Positions 13,546 to 27,089 of a stretch of 64,000 bases of DNA are shown here, in pieces. Under the pieces are notes generated by a model. That model had not been told where the DNA came from. It was given only the letters and a program-made list of their open reading frames with translations, and did not search any database. The stretch is taken from NCBI RefSeq assembly GCF_006345805.1, contig NC_043012.1, positions 20,708,001-20,772,000 of the forward strand. Reading direction: 5' to 3'. This DNA comes from Octopus sinensis. Its lineage: Eukaryota. Each line of letters opens with the position of its first letter. Position 1 is the first letter of the stretch. The position numbers and the translations under genes were made by a program.

Positions 13546-14269
13546 TTTGATTATATTTTAGGCTCTGTAACTCTATGGTTCCACTGGCTTGCCAACCACA
13601 TATGTTCGCCGAGATGAAGATTAGGATTAATTCAAATTGTTCATCAACCAATCAATTGTTTTCTATTCATTTATTGCGACGTCTCTTTATATATAGAGAC
13701 TGTATACAAACAGATAATGTCATATTATATTCGGTATTGTTAAAAATATTGAAGACTCTAAAACTGGGATCCATAATTGACCAATATCTGACACGATTTC
13801 TGGAGAAACAATCGTTTTCATTCCACAATATTTTACACGAAATAGCTTTCATTTCACACGCAACGAAATGTTTTTCAATTAAGTTTTGAATGCAAATTGA
13901 ATTAAGAACCATTTATTGTTCTTTTCCATTTAAAATTTAATCGACAACGGTCGTGATTGACTTGAGATTAGGTTTCATGTTGCAAAATTCTTTTGTAGAG
14001 GCCGAAGGTGGAAAGACTTCCCACGTACAATATTATAAAGCAATGCTATGTACTCACTACCTACCTTTCAGCGATACCATTAATTATAAATAAACTGTTC
14101 CACTGGGGTGTATAGTTTTACCTGAAGGGAAAGTTGTCCCTTAAGTCTCTCTCATAAACTCGTATACAGCAAAACTTCAGTTGGAAGGGATGGCTACCTG
14201 GCATCTTGGTCAGTTCCCTGTTAGATTACCAACCTAAAAGACAGTTTTTTTCTAATATATGTAGATACT

Positions 14270-14455
14270 AAGGCGGCGAGCTGGCACACCGGGCGAAATG
14301 CTTGGCGGTATTTCGTCTGGCTTTACATTCTGAGTTCAAATCCCACCAAGGTCGACTTTACCTTTCGGAGTTGATAAATTAAGTACCAGTTGCGTACTGT
14401 GGTCGATTTCCTCGAGTGGCCCCCTCCCCCTAAATTTTGCCTAGAGTAGAAACGA
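14270..14455 (+). mobile_element. Octopus-type SINE copy
   Basis: GGCGGCGAGCTGGCA..TTCTGAGTTCAAATCCC..GGTCGACTTT..AAGTACCAGTTGCGTACT..GCCTAGAGTAGAA. Confidence 0.85.
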
Positions 14456-14785
14456 ATATATATTGATACTCTCTCAAATGTCTTTTAACGCTTCTTTTTT
14501 AGTTAAGAGATTTCGCGGTGTTTGTAGATACGTTGTTCAGTTGGTGTGCATTTTGAGCTGTCGATGCACACACCTAACTGTGTGCATCTTTGGAAATTCT
14601 TGCAAATCTTCACTGTGCCACTGATGGTTTATCATTTGCTTTTTTCATTTCTTCGTCGAAAAACCTGGTATTTCTATACTTTTGCGTAAATTTCTAGGTA
14701 CATAGCCTATATCTCTGTTTGTTTGGCCGACTGCACATATGTTTTATGTATGTATACGTGTATGTATGCACGTATTTATGTATAT

Positions 14786-14846
<61 letters not shown>

Positions 14847-14873
14847 GTAGGTATGTGTGTGTCTGTGTGTCTG

Positions 14874-14905
<32 letters not shown>

Positions 14906-15763
14906 ATATCTGCGTATGTATGTATGCATGTATATATGTAAGGATGTCTGTCTGTTTGTCTGTCTGTCTGTATCTATGTATGTATGTATGTATACAAACA
15001 TATATCACATTATTCGGAAAGGAGATCAGAAAAAAAATGAATACTAGCATTCATTGACCTACTACTCTGGCAAATAGAGGGTCGTTTTTCCATTGCTGAA
15101 AAGGAACGATAGAACGGAAATTTGTTCAGAGTATTCTCCCATACCGTGCTAGATATGTTTAAATTTTATTAATTTTTTTAGCTAATGGATAATCCGAGAA
15201 TATCGTCCAATATCGTATAATAAAATCTACTGTGTTTGAGTAAACATACACGCCTTTTAAATTTGGTTAATTTGCATAAGTTGTGTTGAAATTGCTTTGT
15301 TCTATAGTTTTGTTTATTTTGTTTTGTTTTTTGTTATGTAGATTGAAAAAGATTTAAAATATTGTGCTTTACAAGCGTATTAATTTGTATCAATACTCTA
15401 GACATGGCTCGGTATGAATTTTAAGTGGATGAAAAAAAAATTAAAACAAGACTTTCTTTAGAGATGTATTGATTCAACTCTGTTAAAAACAATATATTTA
15501 TTTAATTTTCAAGGTATATTTTACAGTGTGAGTATATATTTACGCTGTTTCCAGAAAACCAGAAAATCCAGAAATCCGGATCACTTCCGGATTTTTTTGG
15601 ATAATATCACTGTGTGCTGTCACATTAAAGTATGTTATATATAGGTGAAGTACTAACGTTTATTCCTGTTCTATTGGTTGTATTAAGACGCACATTTCAC
15701 TGCTCCTTCAATCTATTTCTGTTAACTCATCATAGCCCTCATCAAGCCAACCTATCATAATAA

Positions 15764-16145
15764 GTGGAGGCGCAATGGCCCAGTGGTTAGGGCAGCGGAC
15801 TCGCGGTCGTAGGATCGCGGTTTCGATTCCCAGACCGGGCGTTGTAAGTGTTTATTGAGCGAAAACACCTAAAGCTCCATGAGGCTCCGGCAGGGATGGT
15901 GGTGATCCCTGCTGTACTCTTTCACCACAACTTTCTCTTACTCTTACTTCCTGTTTCTGTTGTACCTGTATTTCAAAGGGCCGGCCTTGTCACTTTCTGT
16001 GTCACGCTGAATATCCCCGAGAACTACGTTAAAGGTACACGTGTCTGTGGAGTGCTCAGCCACTTACACGTTAATTTCACGAGCTGGCTGTTCCGTTGAT
16101 CGGATCAACCGGAACTCTCGTCGCCGTAACCGACGGAGTGCTTCC
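15764..16145 (+). mobile_element. Full-length ~385-bp tRNA-derived SINE (fourth family) with target-site duplication
   Basis: A box TGGCCCAGTGGTTAGG and B box GGTTTCGATTCCC. CTATCATAAT occurs on both flanks (15752-15761 and 16153-16162). A highly similar inverted copy lies at 62769-63153. Confidence 0.92.
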
Positions 16146-16627
16146 ACACACACTATCATAATATATATAGCCATCACCATGCAGTCCTTCTCGATATATT
16201 TGTCTCCGATACATTCTCCAATGTATTCTTCCAACATTTTTGGTCGTCGCGTAAAGTATGATTGAAATAAGACGTAGCTACTATTTCTAATAACAGAAAA
16301 GGCTTCATAAATATAACTTGGTAACTTGCTGTGTCTTAAATGAAGTAGTGTTGTTATTCCACCTGTTGTTTCTATGGTATTTTGAAGTTGCAATTCAACT
16401 TTTACACAAGAGGATTATATTTAGCACAAAGCTTTCTTGTTATTGTCATTACGTTCCTTACATTTTTCTAAGAAGATAAATTGTTATTATTCGGTGATTG
16501 TCCTTCTGCTTCTTCAAAGCTGAGTGAAAACTTAGAGCGCTCTCTCTCAACCTAACACTCTCTCCCTCTCTTTCATTATATCTCCCTCCCTCCCTCTCTC
16601 TCTCTCCCCCTTTCTCTCCCCCTTTCT

Positions 16628-16659
<32 letters not shown>

Positions 16660-18629
16660 TCCTATTCCAAAATGGATGTGGTTAGATACACTACTAAAAT
16701 AAAATCACATGAATTATGTTTCTTTACATTATTCTACGAGTAATTCTAATTCATTACGATTTCCAAATTCCAAATATGTTTTGGCGTGAGGAAGATCATT
16801 TGGCCGCCGTAGGAAATCTACCACCGTCCTTTGCATTCAAATGCGGTAAAATTATCCTAAACAAACGATATAAACAGAAAGAAAGTATTAGAAAGTGTAG
16901 TATTCTTTTACACTCCGATGATCTTGGTGGAGTAATTGCAAAAAAATAAATAGAACAAGAATGGCTTGAAGACACACATAGATATGCGCTCACACACAAA
17001 CGACACATGGAAACACAAGCATCCATACGTGCACACATACACGCGCATCTATGAGCGTATATATTTGTATTTGTCTATTTGCATACCATACTTTCGCAAT
17101 TCCAATATATTTACATAAATACACACTCAAACACAGATGTACACACTTACATTAATCTATGTTTGCGTGTAGGTGAGTGTATGTGATTAAGTATGGATGT
17201 ATATATAAATGTGTTTATTTAATCTGTGTATGCATATATGTATGTAAATATTATCACGCGTGCCATTTATGTGGGAAGCTGACTTGTATATTTCGCTTTG
17301 AAACGACATTAGTTTTACCAATAGAATTGTCTGAAATGTAGAATGTGTGATATTATTACTGGTTACCATAATTATATAGTTTCTAAAATATCAGAATTAA
17401 AATAAAATAAGAATAAGATACGAAATTAATGAACAATTTTGACGTGTTTGAAGTGAAAAATATTTGATGACTTTTAGGAATCATAGCATTACAGCAGCGT
17501 AGGAAATACTAAAAAGAGATCGATTAAATCGATTTGTGTATTGGAAATCTATTTATAATTTCGAATAGTTTACTTTGTTATACAGTCAAACGTTTTAGGG
17601 CATAATTTCGAAAAAAATTCCTGAATAGAATAATCATTAACCTCATTTTCCTCGGCGACTATTTCACGTAAACTTTACTGATTTACTGTAATGTTTATCA
17701 TTAAAGAATATCGTGGTTTTTCTTTGTTTTGTTTATTGTGCTATGCATTGTTTTGTGTACATTTAGGACTATAGAGTACTTGAATTTTCAGTTAGTATGT
17801 TAATTCAACAGTAGCTTTTCGCTTTCTCTCCACTCTATCTGGATAGTAATACTGATAAAACCTTCAAAAGAATATCTGGCTCATTTATTACTCTTTGTTA
17901 TCTTCAACGGTAATTTAACGTTGGATTATCTTTAAACCTCTATTATATGCCTTCGTCTCGTTTTTAAGCCACTATTTCGCACGAAACAAAAGAACAGTCG
18001 TTTCATATCAAAAGCATCTAAAATTTCAATATATACATTTCCCATGTATTGACTTCATTCTGATGAGATAAATAAAATTTCGCTTTAGTCTTCCATTTCC
18101 GAATTTTATTCATCGAGAAAAAAAAATCACAATGGGCCCAGGTTTCCAACCCACCTTTGATCAACATGAATTCATATCATTTATTTATAAAAAAAGCTGT
18201 ATAGTTCTTACTCTTGCATATCTATCTAACAATGCTACTGCTTGGTTTTTGAACCGAAAATAAAATCTCAAAATATATACACAATTCAGGCATTTGAAAT
18301 GCTCTATGGTTTGCGTTCCAGTTCTGTGATACATCTATAGATACATAAATGAACAAACGTACACACACCCCACACACAAACCCACATATGCATGCATGTA
18401 TGCTTGTATGCATATGTAATTATGTGCGTTAAAGATGGATGTGCAAGTATATTTATAATGGAGAGGCAAGTAAACTTTTCCATCAGAAACATCATTATTA
18501 TGATTTTTAACACTTGCACAAATCGATTTCCATTTTTGTGAAAGGAGGAAAGTCTAATAAATCGACCGCAGTATTTGACTGGTACTTGATATATCAACCT
18601 CGAAAGCGTGAAAGTCAACATCGACGTCA

Positions 18630-18679
<50 letters not shown>

Positions 18680-18695
18680 ATGTATTATTATTATT

Positions 18696-18770
<75 letters not shown>

Positions 18771-18772
18771 AA

Positions 18773-18911
18773 TGCCTTTGCACAGCTTCTAACGCTGGAG
18801 ATGTACTACAGTGTCAGCAGCTGACCACCGTGAACTAAGGTAGCACCTGTTATTTTTCGAGCGCCTTCCGGAGTAGTATTCGAGAGGTTCCAAGCAGTAC
18901 TGTTTTCTGCA
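18773..18911 (-). mobile_element. Extreme 3' end of R4/Dong-type LINE, family B, inside a (TAA)n array
   Basis: QKTVLLGTSRILLRKALEK* plus a 3' UTR homologous to 21141-21511, 39190-39426 and 41905-42332. (TTA)n lies on both sides. Confidence 0.85.
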
Positions 18912-18980
<69 letters not shown>

Positions 18981-19109
18981 CATTGTTAGCATCAATATTA
19001 TTATAACATAACTTCCGCTGTTGTACTCCGCCTCTTCCGCACTCTCTCTTCAGTAATTATGTATCTATGTGTATTTGTATTTGAAGACAGGCACACACAC
19101 ACACACAGA

Positions 19110-19150
<41 letters not shown>

Positions 19151-20430
19151 GCACATATACACACACACACACACATACACACACACACACTTATATATTT
19201 CTGAACACAGTGGTCAAAGACTTTAAGTTACTAGTTTCGAAAATTAAAATAAATATCATCAAAGAAATATTCTTTTAACAAAATAGAAAGGAAATTATGA
19301 ATCTCCGTTCTTTAAATGTCTCTTCAAACATCTTGCGAATAAATATTTATTTTTCTCTGTTAAATTTCCATACGTTATTTTCTTCAAAACAAAGAGAACT
19401 AAGTTTGTATGTTTGCATCCATCCATCACCGATTTTACATCGATCTTTCACTCTAAATAGAAATACTCTTGAAGACTCACGGGCATTGTCCACTTAATTT
19501 TCTCCCATCCCATCTTCTCGGAAAATAGGTGAATAAATATCTTCTTACAGCCGTTTTAAGATGTGTTTTATTATTGAAACGTTATTCACGAATGGAGGAC
19601 GTATATTTGCAGAAAGCCAGTCAGATGATACCGCAGCAGCTTTCTCGCAGTGATTTTTAACTCGATCTCACTCCTAATATTCTCATCTCCTCTGACTTGC
19701 CTTTTCTGTATGTATGCATGTATGTACATGTATGTATGTACGTGTGTATAAATGTATGCATGTATGTATGTATGTTTACAGACTCACGGAGATGTATTTT
19801 TCAATGCGATCTTTTGAGGCATTAAGCTTCCACTTTCGAAAATAAAATGTATATTTATTACAAAATGGCAAGAAATTTTAGAAATCTCTTTTTAAAAATT
19901 TCACTGAAGGAAACCTACAAATAAATATTCGGTTTACTGTTTGATTTTCATTAGTTACATTCTTCAAAATGCTGCAAATGTTTTCACACATACTCAGTCA
20001 TGTATTACCCTCATTATAATTGAGTATCAGCAATGCGCAAAGATATTTGCTGGGCACATAACACTTCTAATACTATGAGGATCTCAAAAGATTCTCAATT
20101 ATGAAAATGTAAAATTTAGTAAAAATATTAAATGCAAATACTTTGTCTCATAGTCAAAATTCCCTGTCTGTGATTCGTTGTATACAAAGCATAGAGAAAT
20201 AAGAATTAATATGTATTTTGAACTATTAATGTTTGTGTTATTAAGATATGTTCTCAATTCTTTTATTTCAAAGAAGCACAGTATCACTTATTTTGGCCAG
20301 ATAACAACGACTCACGCACTAATGAGAGTAACAACAAAAATAACAACAACAACAACAACAATAATAATAATATTAATAATAATAATAATAGTAATAATAA
20401 TAATAATAATATTAATAATAATAATAATAA

Positions 20431-20986
20431 TGCCCTGATGCAGTACCAGGCAGTGGCTCTCATGGCTTCTGATCTTAACTGATTGGAAGTGTTATCATGT
20501 ACATTGTTTTGTCTTGGTATAAAAGATGGGCTACAGCAAATATTCTGCTCAATACCACAGATTTGCTTGTCAGTTGTTTGACCTTAACCAGTTGAGCATG
20601 TCCCTTAGTGGCTGACGATATGTGCATCTCTGATCACTGGCAGAAGTAGTGGGGGAGCATCATAGCCATGTGTTGAGAGGGATTCTTTTGGGGTTTGAAT
20701 AGTTCACCTCTGGAAACATGGGTGGTTCTTTCAACATCCTTAAACAACCCTTATTCAGGGACCGTTTGAGCGGGATGGGCTACTCAACCTGAAGAAAATT
20801 CTAACTGGGCCCCACCTGCAAGGTCATGTGCTGTTTATCTTTATATGAGATCACCATGTCGCGCACATATGGTTGTGATGCATGTGCCTGGTGTACCTTT
20901 ATCAGACGGGTAGTCATGATGGGTATATTGGGCTTCGTATATTTTACCCCAGTGTCACTTTGATGGCATGAACTGCTCTCTCACTC
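20431..20986 (+). mobile_element. 556-bp non-coding interspersed element flanked by (TAA)n arrays
   Basis: No ORF of 60 aa or more. It has sharp boundaries against (AAT)n on both sides, and a diverged copy of its 3' 180 bp is at 33955-34131, also followed by AATAATAAT. Confidence 0.75.
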
Positions 20987-21066
20987 AATAATAATAATAA
21001 TAAAATAATAATAATAAAATAATAATAATAATAATAATGATGATGGTGATGATGATGATGATGATG

Positions 21067-21123
<57 letters not shown>

Positions 21124-21140
21124 GTATTAATAACAATAAT

Positions 21141-21511
21141 AACAGAAAGCAAACTATGCTGGACCATAGATATAGCATGCCCAGCTGACAACAAGTTATG
21201 CGATAAGGAAGAAAGAAAAGTCGATAGATATGACAGGTTAGCTTGGGAGGTGAAGCAGTTGTAGTCAACGAAAAAGGCTGTAGTAGTACCAATAATTGTC
21301 AGAGCCCTGGGAACAGTGAGCAAAAATCTTGAGAAGTACATGGAACAAATAGGGGTTGCAATAAGGTTGGAGCATTTGCAGAAAACAGCACTACTTGGAA
21401 CCACAGGAATACTCTGGAAGGTGTTCGAAAAATAAGAGGTGTAACCTTAGTTCACTAGTAGTAAACAGCAGACACCGTTGTTCATCTCCAGCTTTGGAAG
21501 CTTTACAAAGG
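21141..21511 (+). mobile_element. 3' fragment of R4/Dong-type LINE, family B (RLE domain)
   Basis: ESKLCWTIDIACPADNKLCDKEERKVDRYDRLAWEVKQL*STKKAVVVPIIVRALGTVSKNLEKYMEQIG..HLQKTALLGTTGILWKVFEK*. Confidence 0.88.
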
Positions 21512-21522
21512 TAATAATAATA

Positions 21523-21572
<50 letters not shown>

Positions 21573-21584
21573 TAATAATAATAA

Positions 21585-21922
21585 TGTGTCTCTAAAAGAA
21601 ATGGAGAAACTTTCAAAATACAAAGACCTGGAAATAGGGGTAATCAGAATGTGGAATCTAAAAACAGAAACAATTCCTATCATAGTAGGTGCATTAGGCA
21701 TAATAAAAAAATATTCAGACAAATACATAACAAAAACACCAGAACTTACAAACACATATCACATACAGAAAATTGCACTACTAGGCACTGCACACATCCT
21801 ACGTAGAACACTTTCCATACAATAACCATCAGAGCATCACAACAAATCACAGCACATACCCAAGGCACACAGAGCTGCGCTCGGTAGTGAAGTGAAAGCA
21901 CGCTATAAAAATAAAACTACTG
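21585..21922 (+). mobile_element. 3' fragment of R4/Dong-type LINE, family A
   Basis: ORF 21586-21825 reads SLKEMEKLSKYKDLE..PIIVGALG..QKIALLGTAHILRRTLSIQ, followed by a 3' UTR and (TAA)n to about 22087. Confidence 0.92.
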
Positions 21923-21985
21923 AATAATATAATAATAATAATAATAATAATATAATAATAATAATAATATAATAATAATAATATA

Positions 21986-22089
<104 letters not shown>

Positions 22090-22129
22090 GGGTAGTTTCA
22101 ACTGGGTGAGCCTAAAGTCTTCTTCAACA

Positions 22130-22745
22130 CTGCAGACTTGAATTGGAAAAAGTCAACGAAAGATGACATCGGCATAAAAGATATAATATCGGCCATTGAT
22201 GAGATGAAATCAAACTCAGAAACGGGCCTAGATGAATATCAGTCTTCTCCTAAAACATGCAAGAAAGCTCTTACAAAATCACTGCAGGTACTTTTTCAGT
22301 GTTTCCTTGCACCTGGAAATCTTCCGAGCCTATTGAAAGTGAGTATCATATGCTTTGTTTGTCCATAAAAGACGAAGCAGAGCAGATGCTAAAAATTACA
22401 GGTGTATCTCTCTGACTTCATATGTTAGCAAAGTCATGAAACGCATTGTCAGAAGGAGATTCATCAGAAGGAGAATAACGTGCTCACAATCTCACCACAT
22501 TTTTTCCGGCCTGGGAGGAGCTGCCTCACACAGCTACTCCAAGATTATGATTGGGCGCTGAAACAGCAGCTTAACCACGAAAGTGTGGATGTGATATATC
22601 TCGACTTTGTCAAGACCTTTGACAAAGTTGACCATGGGATGATATATCACAAACTACACCACCATGGTATCACTGGGAAACTGGGAGAGAGGCTGCACGT
22701 CTCTTTAAAGACAAAAACCAAGCAGTCGCAGCCAATGCTGCTCCC
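22130..22745 (+). mobile_element. Decayed CR1/L2-type (APE-clade) LINE reverse transcriptase fragment
   Basis: AIDEMKSNS..KNYRCISLTSYVSKVMKRIV..FRPGRSCLTQLL..VDVIYLDFVKTFDKVDHG..KL..GITGKL, spread over three frames. Confidence 0.88.
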
Positions 22746-24134
22746 TCTGGGTAGACATCAATCCGCAGCCTCACTATAAAAATATATATGGGCGTTAAAA
22801 TTGAATGAAGCTTCAGTATACAAATATATATGGGCGATAAAAAATACTCCGTTTATCATTAATTGTAAAAGTTTTGCCAGACACAACAATACCTTCTTGC
22901 ATTATTTTTTGAACCCTTAACAACTCCATAACCTAAAGGCCGACATATAAACCAACACCCTAATTACAGAGGTTTAAATGCTGGACTGAATTAAGAACAT
23001 CACATTCCCAAACCAAAAGTTTAACTCTTATATCCACATACTGTCGAATACGACTAAGCCGAGTAACACATCTTCTGGTCAAATAGGGGCACATCTGCTG
23101 ACCATTTCACTAACCCACATTCTTTGTAGAACAGCTAAAAAAAACAACCCCATGACCTGAAGTTTGAACACCTAAAAATACACTGTTGATTATAAAGTTC
23201 TATTTACTTGAATTAATTCTGAACAATAAAATATTCCCTAATTTTATCAAATGTTAGTTTTTCGCACCCTTTTATTGAGGAGTTGTTCCAAATATCCTTT
23301 AATTTCATTTGACTATCCATTAAAATGTTTTCATTTCATTTCATCTTATTTCTTTTCTACTTTAATATAAGACGTAACGGCGACTTTGTTATTTCAAAGA
23401 TCATAATTTCATAAGCCTTTACAATCTATTTGCATCATGCACTTTCCTTGCTCTACAACAACGAGCTTGTATAACCTGCTCAATATGTATCCTTACCGGA
23501 CTCTAGCTGGTTTGTACTAAATAACAGATATTTTAATCTTTAACACTGTTGTCGAATTTCTTTTCCTTTCAACGTTAGTTTCTTCCTTTGCAATCTCTAC
23601 TTTTCTTCTCTTCTTTACTTGCAATAGTCAAATTAACGTCTCCCTGTGGGAGCCTTTGATTCTTTTATGCGCAAATATAACTTGAATGATGTTAATCACT
23701 GTATGTATTATGAAAGCCTGGGAATATATCATAGAATCTTATACCTCCTCTGATACATGAGTTGAAATAATTGACTGATTGTTTTCTTACTAATTAACTC
23801 ATTAACTTAATTATTCACTTGTTTCCAAGAAGTGAGTTTATTTATTTTTCATTTAGCTTGTTGTATCTTAAAATCTTAACATATAATGTGGAATAACATT
23901 GAGTAGTCTGTCTGATTTCTGTCAGAACTATTTCTATCGCTCTGTATGACGCCGGAACATTAAGAGTTTCAAGCAACTTGTTAAATTTTTATCAGTGTTT
24001 AATTTGTCATTTATTCTTTCTGGAAAATTTATTGGCGTAAATTTAACTACCTTAACCTTCGAACAGTTTAGTACTCCACTCTACTTCGAAGTCGCTATTT
24101 TCCTAATCCTGCACCAGGGTCTCCCTAATACTCA

Positions 24135-24510
24135 TAACATTGATTTCAAATTTTGGCACAAAGACAGCAATTTTGGTGTAAGGAACAAATCTATTAGATC
24201 GATCCCAGTGCTCAACAGATACCTATTTTATCGACCACGAATTGATGAAAGGCAAAGACGACTTCGATGGCTTTTGAACTCCAAACGTAAAGACGGACGA
24301 AATGCTGCTAAGCATTTTCTTCGGCATGCTAAAGATTTTGCCAGCTCGCCACCTTAACAACTCCCATTAATAAACCTTTCAAATCCCGCCGAGGTCGACT
24401 TTGCCATTTATCCTTTCTAGGTCGATAGAATAAGTACCAGTTGAATACTGGGGTCTATGCAATCCACTGAAACCGTCCTCCGAAATTGCTGGCCTTGTGC
24501 CAAAATCTGA
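24135..24510. mobile_element. Two diverged octopus-type SINE copies in opposite orientation
   Basis: 24135-24355 is minus (..GCCAGCTCGCCACC). 24380-24510 is plus (CAAATCCCGCCGAGGTCGACTTTGCC..GGCCTTGTGCCAAAAT). Confidence 0.75.
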
Positions 24511-24983
24511 AATTATTGTTGTTATTTTACTTAATGTTGTTGTTAGTAGAAACGACAGTGATGCCGTCGTCGTCGTCGTCATAGTTGCTGTAACTGTGGC
24601 TGCCGATATTTCTTATATCATCACTACTATCATCATCATCACAGACCAATTGCATTTTTGTAACGGTCCATAATTTCATTAATTCTCAGTCATTACTAAA
24701 TATATTTATCTTTACGTTGTTGCTCTTTTATTTTATATGTAAGTTTCACCAAGTCTCAGCATGAGAACTCAAGTAACATCAAGATGGAAGTTTTACTGTG
24801 AATGTAAATTATTAGCAATGGAATAATATTTGCAAAGGTGACTAGAATCTGAAAACGAAGAACTGGTTAAATTTTGTAATATTTCAGATTTAAAAGATTT
24901 CTGAGAGAATCAGGTTCCCGGTGTTCTTCATAAGATTGTTGTTGTTATTATTATTATTATTATTTATTATCATTATTGTCATT

Positions 24984-25109
<126 letters not shown>

Positions 25110-25591
25110 TTCCTCTACATATTAGCATTGGTGGTCTACACCTTTTTCGCATATCATGTAAAGTAGCTAATTTTGGTATGTGTCTGATGAGGTGATACGT
25201 CTCAATTTTCAGCCATGTGTGAATTTGTACAAGCCTTGTGCAATATCACACGCATAATCATTTATATCAATTCTCAGTATCTTTTGTCGTTGGAAGAGTA
25301 ATAGTATCGTGATCATCGTAACCGAATAATAGCTTTAGCTTCCTCATTATCTGCTTTATGTATGCATGTATGCGTGTGTGTAGATAATATATATACATAT
25401 ATACGTGCATGTACAAACGCGCTCACGCATACGCGTACACACAATAACACCCACCCAGACATACACATACATATATATGTATATATATATATATCATTAA
25501 AAGTTGGCTTTTTTTAGTATAAATTCTGCGACACTACTTATGTGTGAAAAAAACATTTATACAGAAAATTCATGGCAATATATCATGGAGA

Positions 25592-26360
25592 AATATTCTT
25601 TTCTACTCTAGGCACAAGGCCCGAAATTTTGGATGAAGGGATCAGTCGATTAGATCGACCCCAGCACGCAACTGGTACTTTATTTATCAACCCCGAAAGG
25701 ATGAAAGGTAAAGTCGACCTTGGCGGAATTTGAACTCAGAACATAAAGACGGACGAAATAACGGTAAGCATTTCTCCCGGCATGCTAACGTTTCTTTTCT
25801 ACTCTGGGCGCAAGGCCTGAACGTTTGGGGGAGGGGACCAGTCGATTAGATTGACCCCGATATGCAACTGGTACTTAATTTCCCGACACCGAAAGGATGA
25901 AAGTTAAAGTCGACTTCGGCGAAATTTGAACTGAGAATGTAAAGATAAACGAAATACCTATTTCTTTACTACCCACAAGGAGCTAAACACAGAGGAGACA
26001 AAGAGGGACAGACAGACGGATTAAGTCGTTTATATCGACCCTAGTGCGTAACTGGCACTTAATTAATCGACCCCGAAAGGATGAAAGGCAAAATCGACCT
26101 CGGCAGAATTTGAACTCAGAACATAAAGACAGACGAAATGCATATTTCTTTACTACCCACAAGGGGCCATACACAGAGGGACCAAACAAGGAGAGACAAA
26201 CGGATTAAGTCGATTACATCGACTCCAGTGCGTAATTGGTACTTAATTTATCTACCCCGAAAGTCGACCTCAGCGGAATTTGAACTCAGAATGTAACTGC
26301 AGACTAAATACCGCTAAGCATTTCGCTCGGCCACATAACATTTCTGTCAGCTCGCCGCCT
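25592..26360 (-). mobile_element. Four-unit tandem concatemer of the octopus-type SINE
   Basis: The core AACTGGTAC..CCCGAAAGGATGAAA..GTCGAC..AATTTGAAC recurs four times at about 180-bp spacing. Only the unit at about 26360 has the GGCGGCGAGCTG head. Confidence 0.9.
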
Positions 26361-27089
26361 TATGATGCTAAAATATTTATTAAATTCTTAGGTCTGCCTG
26401 TGCATCCCCTCCTCAGGATAGAGATGATAAGTTTTCAAAGTAGGAGATTAACTAAATTGAAAAACGAACATAAAACTAAAATTGAGAAGCGGTCAATCTG
26501 TACATTTGAAAATCTCTGTAATTATTTAACTATGTATGACGATCTCTTGAGAGAAGATAGTGGGATAACGCGTTTGTTTATACATCTGGATGTCTTTGAT
26601 AAACAACAGATATAAACGAAATTATCTAAGCTGGGATGGTCTGGTTGTATTTATTGTCTTTATTTATATTCTAATTAAATAGAGCTATTCGCTGTAAGCA
26701 CAAGTGGGATTTTAAAAAAATCCCTTTACCACAGTCTTTGATCTTCCAAAACGTTATTCTAGGCAGAGCGCACGTAATGCGGAGACCTATCTTGGGGAGA
26801 GAGATGGCGGAGAGTGATGCGAGGACAAGGAATAGCGAGAGACACCTCTCTCACAAATTGTCATGGCTCACCTTGATACGTTCTCTTATTGCGTTGGGGT
26901 GCTTCTAGTGCATCTGGCATAATATTATTCTGTTTCCCAATCATGTGTTCCTAAAACCCTTATTGGGGTGACAAATCGCTGCTATTTCTAGCACATGTGA
27001 TTACATTAAGAGGCCTGATTGAGAGTAAAGTTCGCTCCTTACGAACTGTAAGTGAAAACGTTCTTCAGCATCATGTACTCTGTATTTTG

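Noticed and set aside
12869-13651. 260-aa ORF and overlapping low-complexity ORFs
   Set aside because: They are read-through of trinucleotide arrays (poly F/L/I/P) with no domain content.
15764-15840. tRNA-like sequence with A and B boxes (also 63078-63153 and 11800-11877)
   Set aside because: It continues directly into a SINE body with target-site duplications and lacks a proper acceptor stem, so it is a SINE head and not a tRNA gene.
16064-16393. 109-aa minus-strand ORF
   Set aside because: The last third is antisense SINE sequence and the rest has no recognisable motif.
25592-26360. Regularly spaced repeats superficially like a CRISPR array
   Set aside because: The units are ~180-bp SINE bodies with homologous, not unique, intervening sequence. 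The context is eukaryotic and there are no cas genes.
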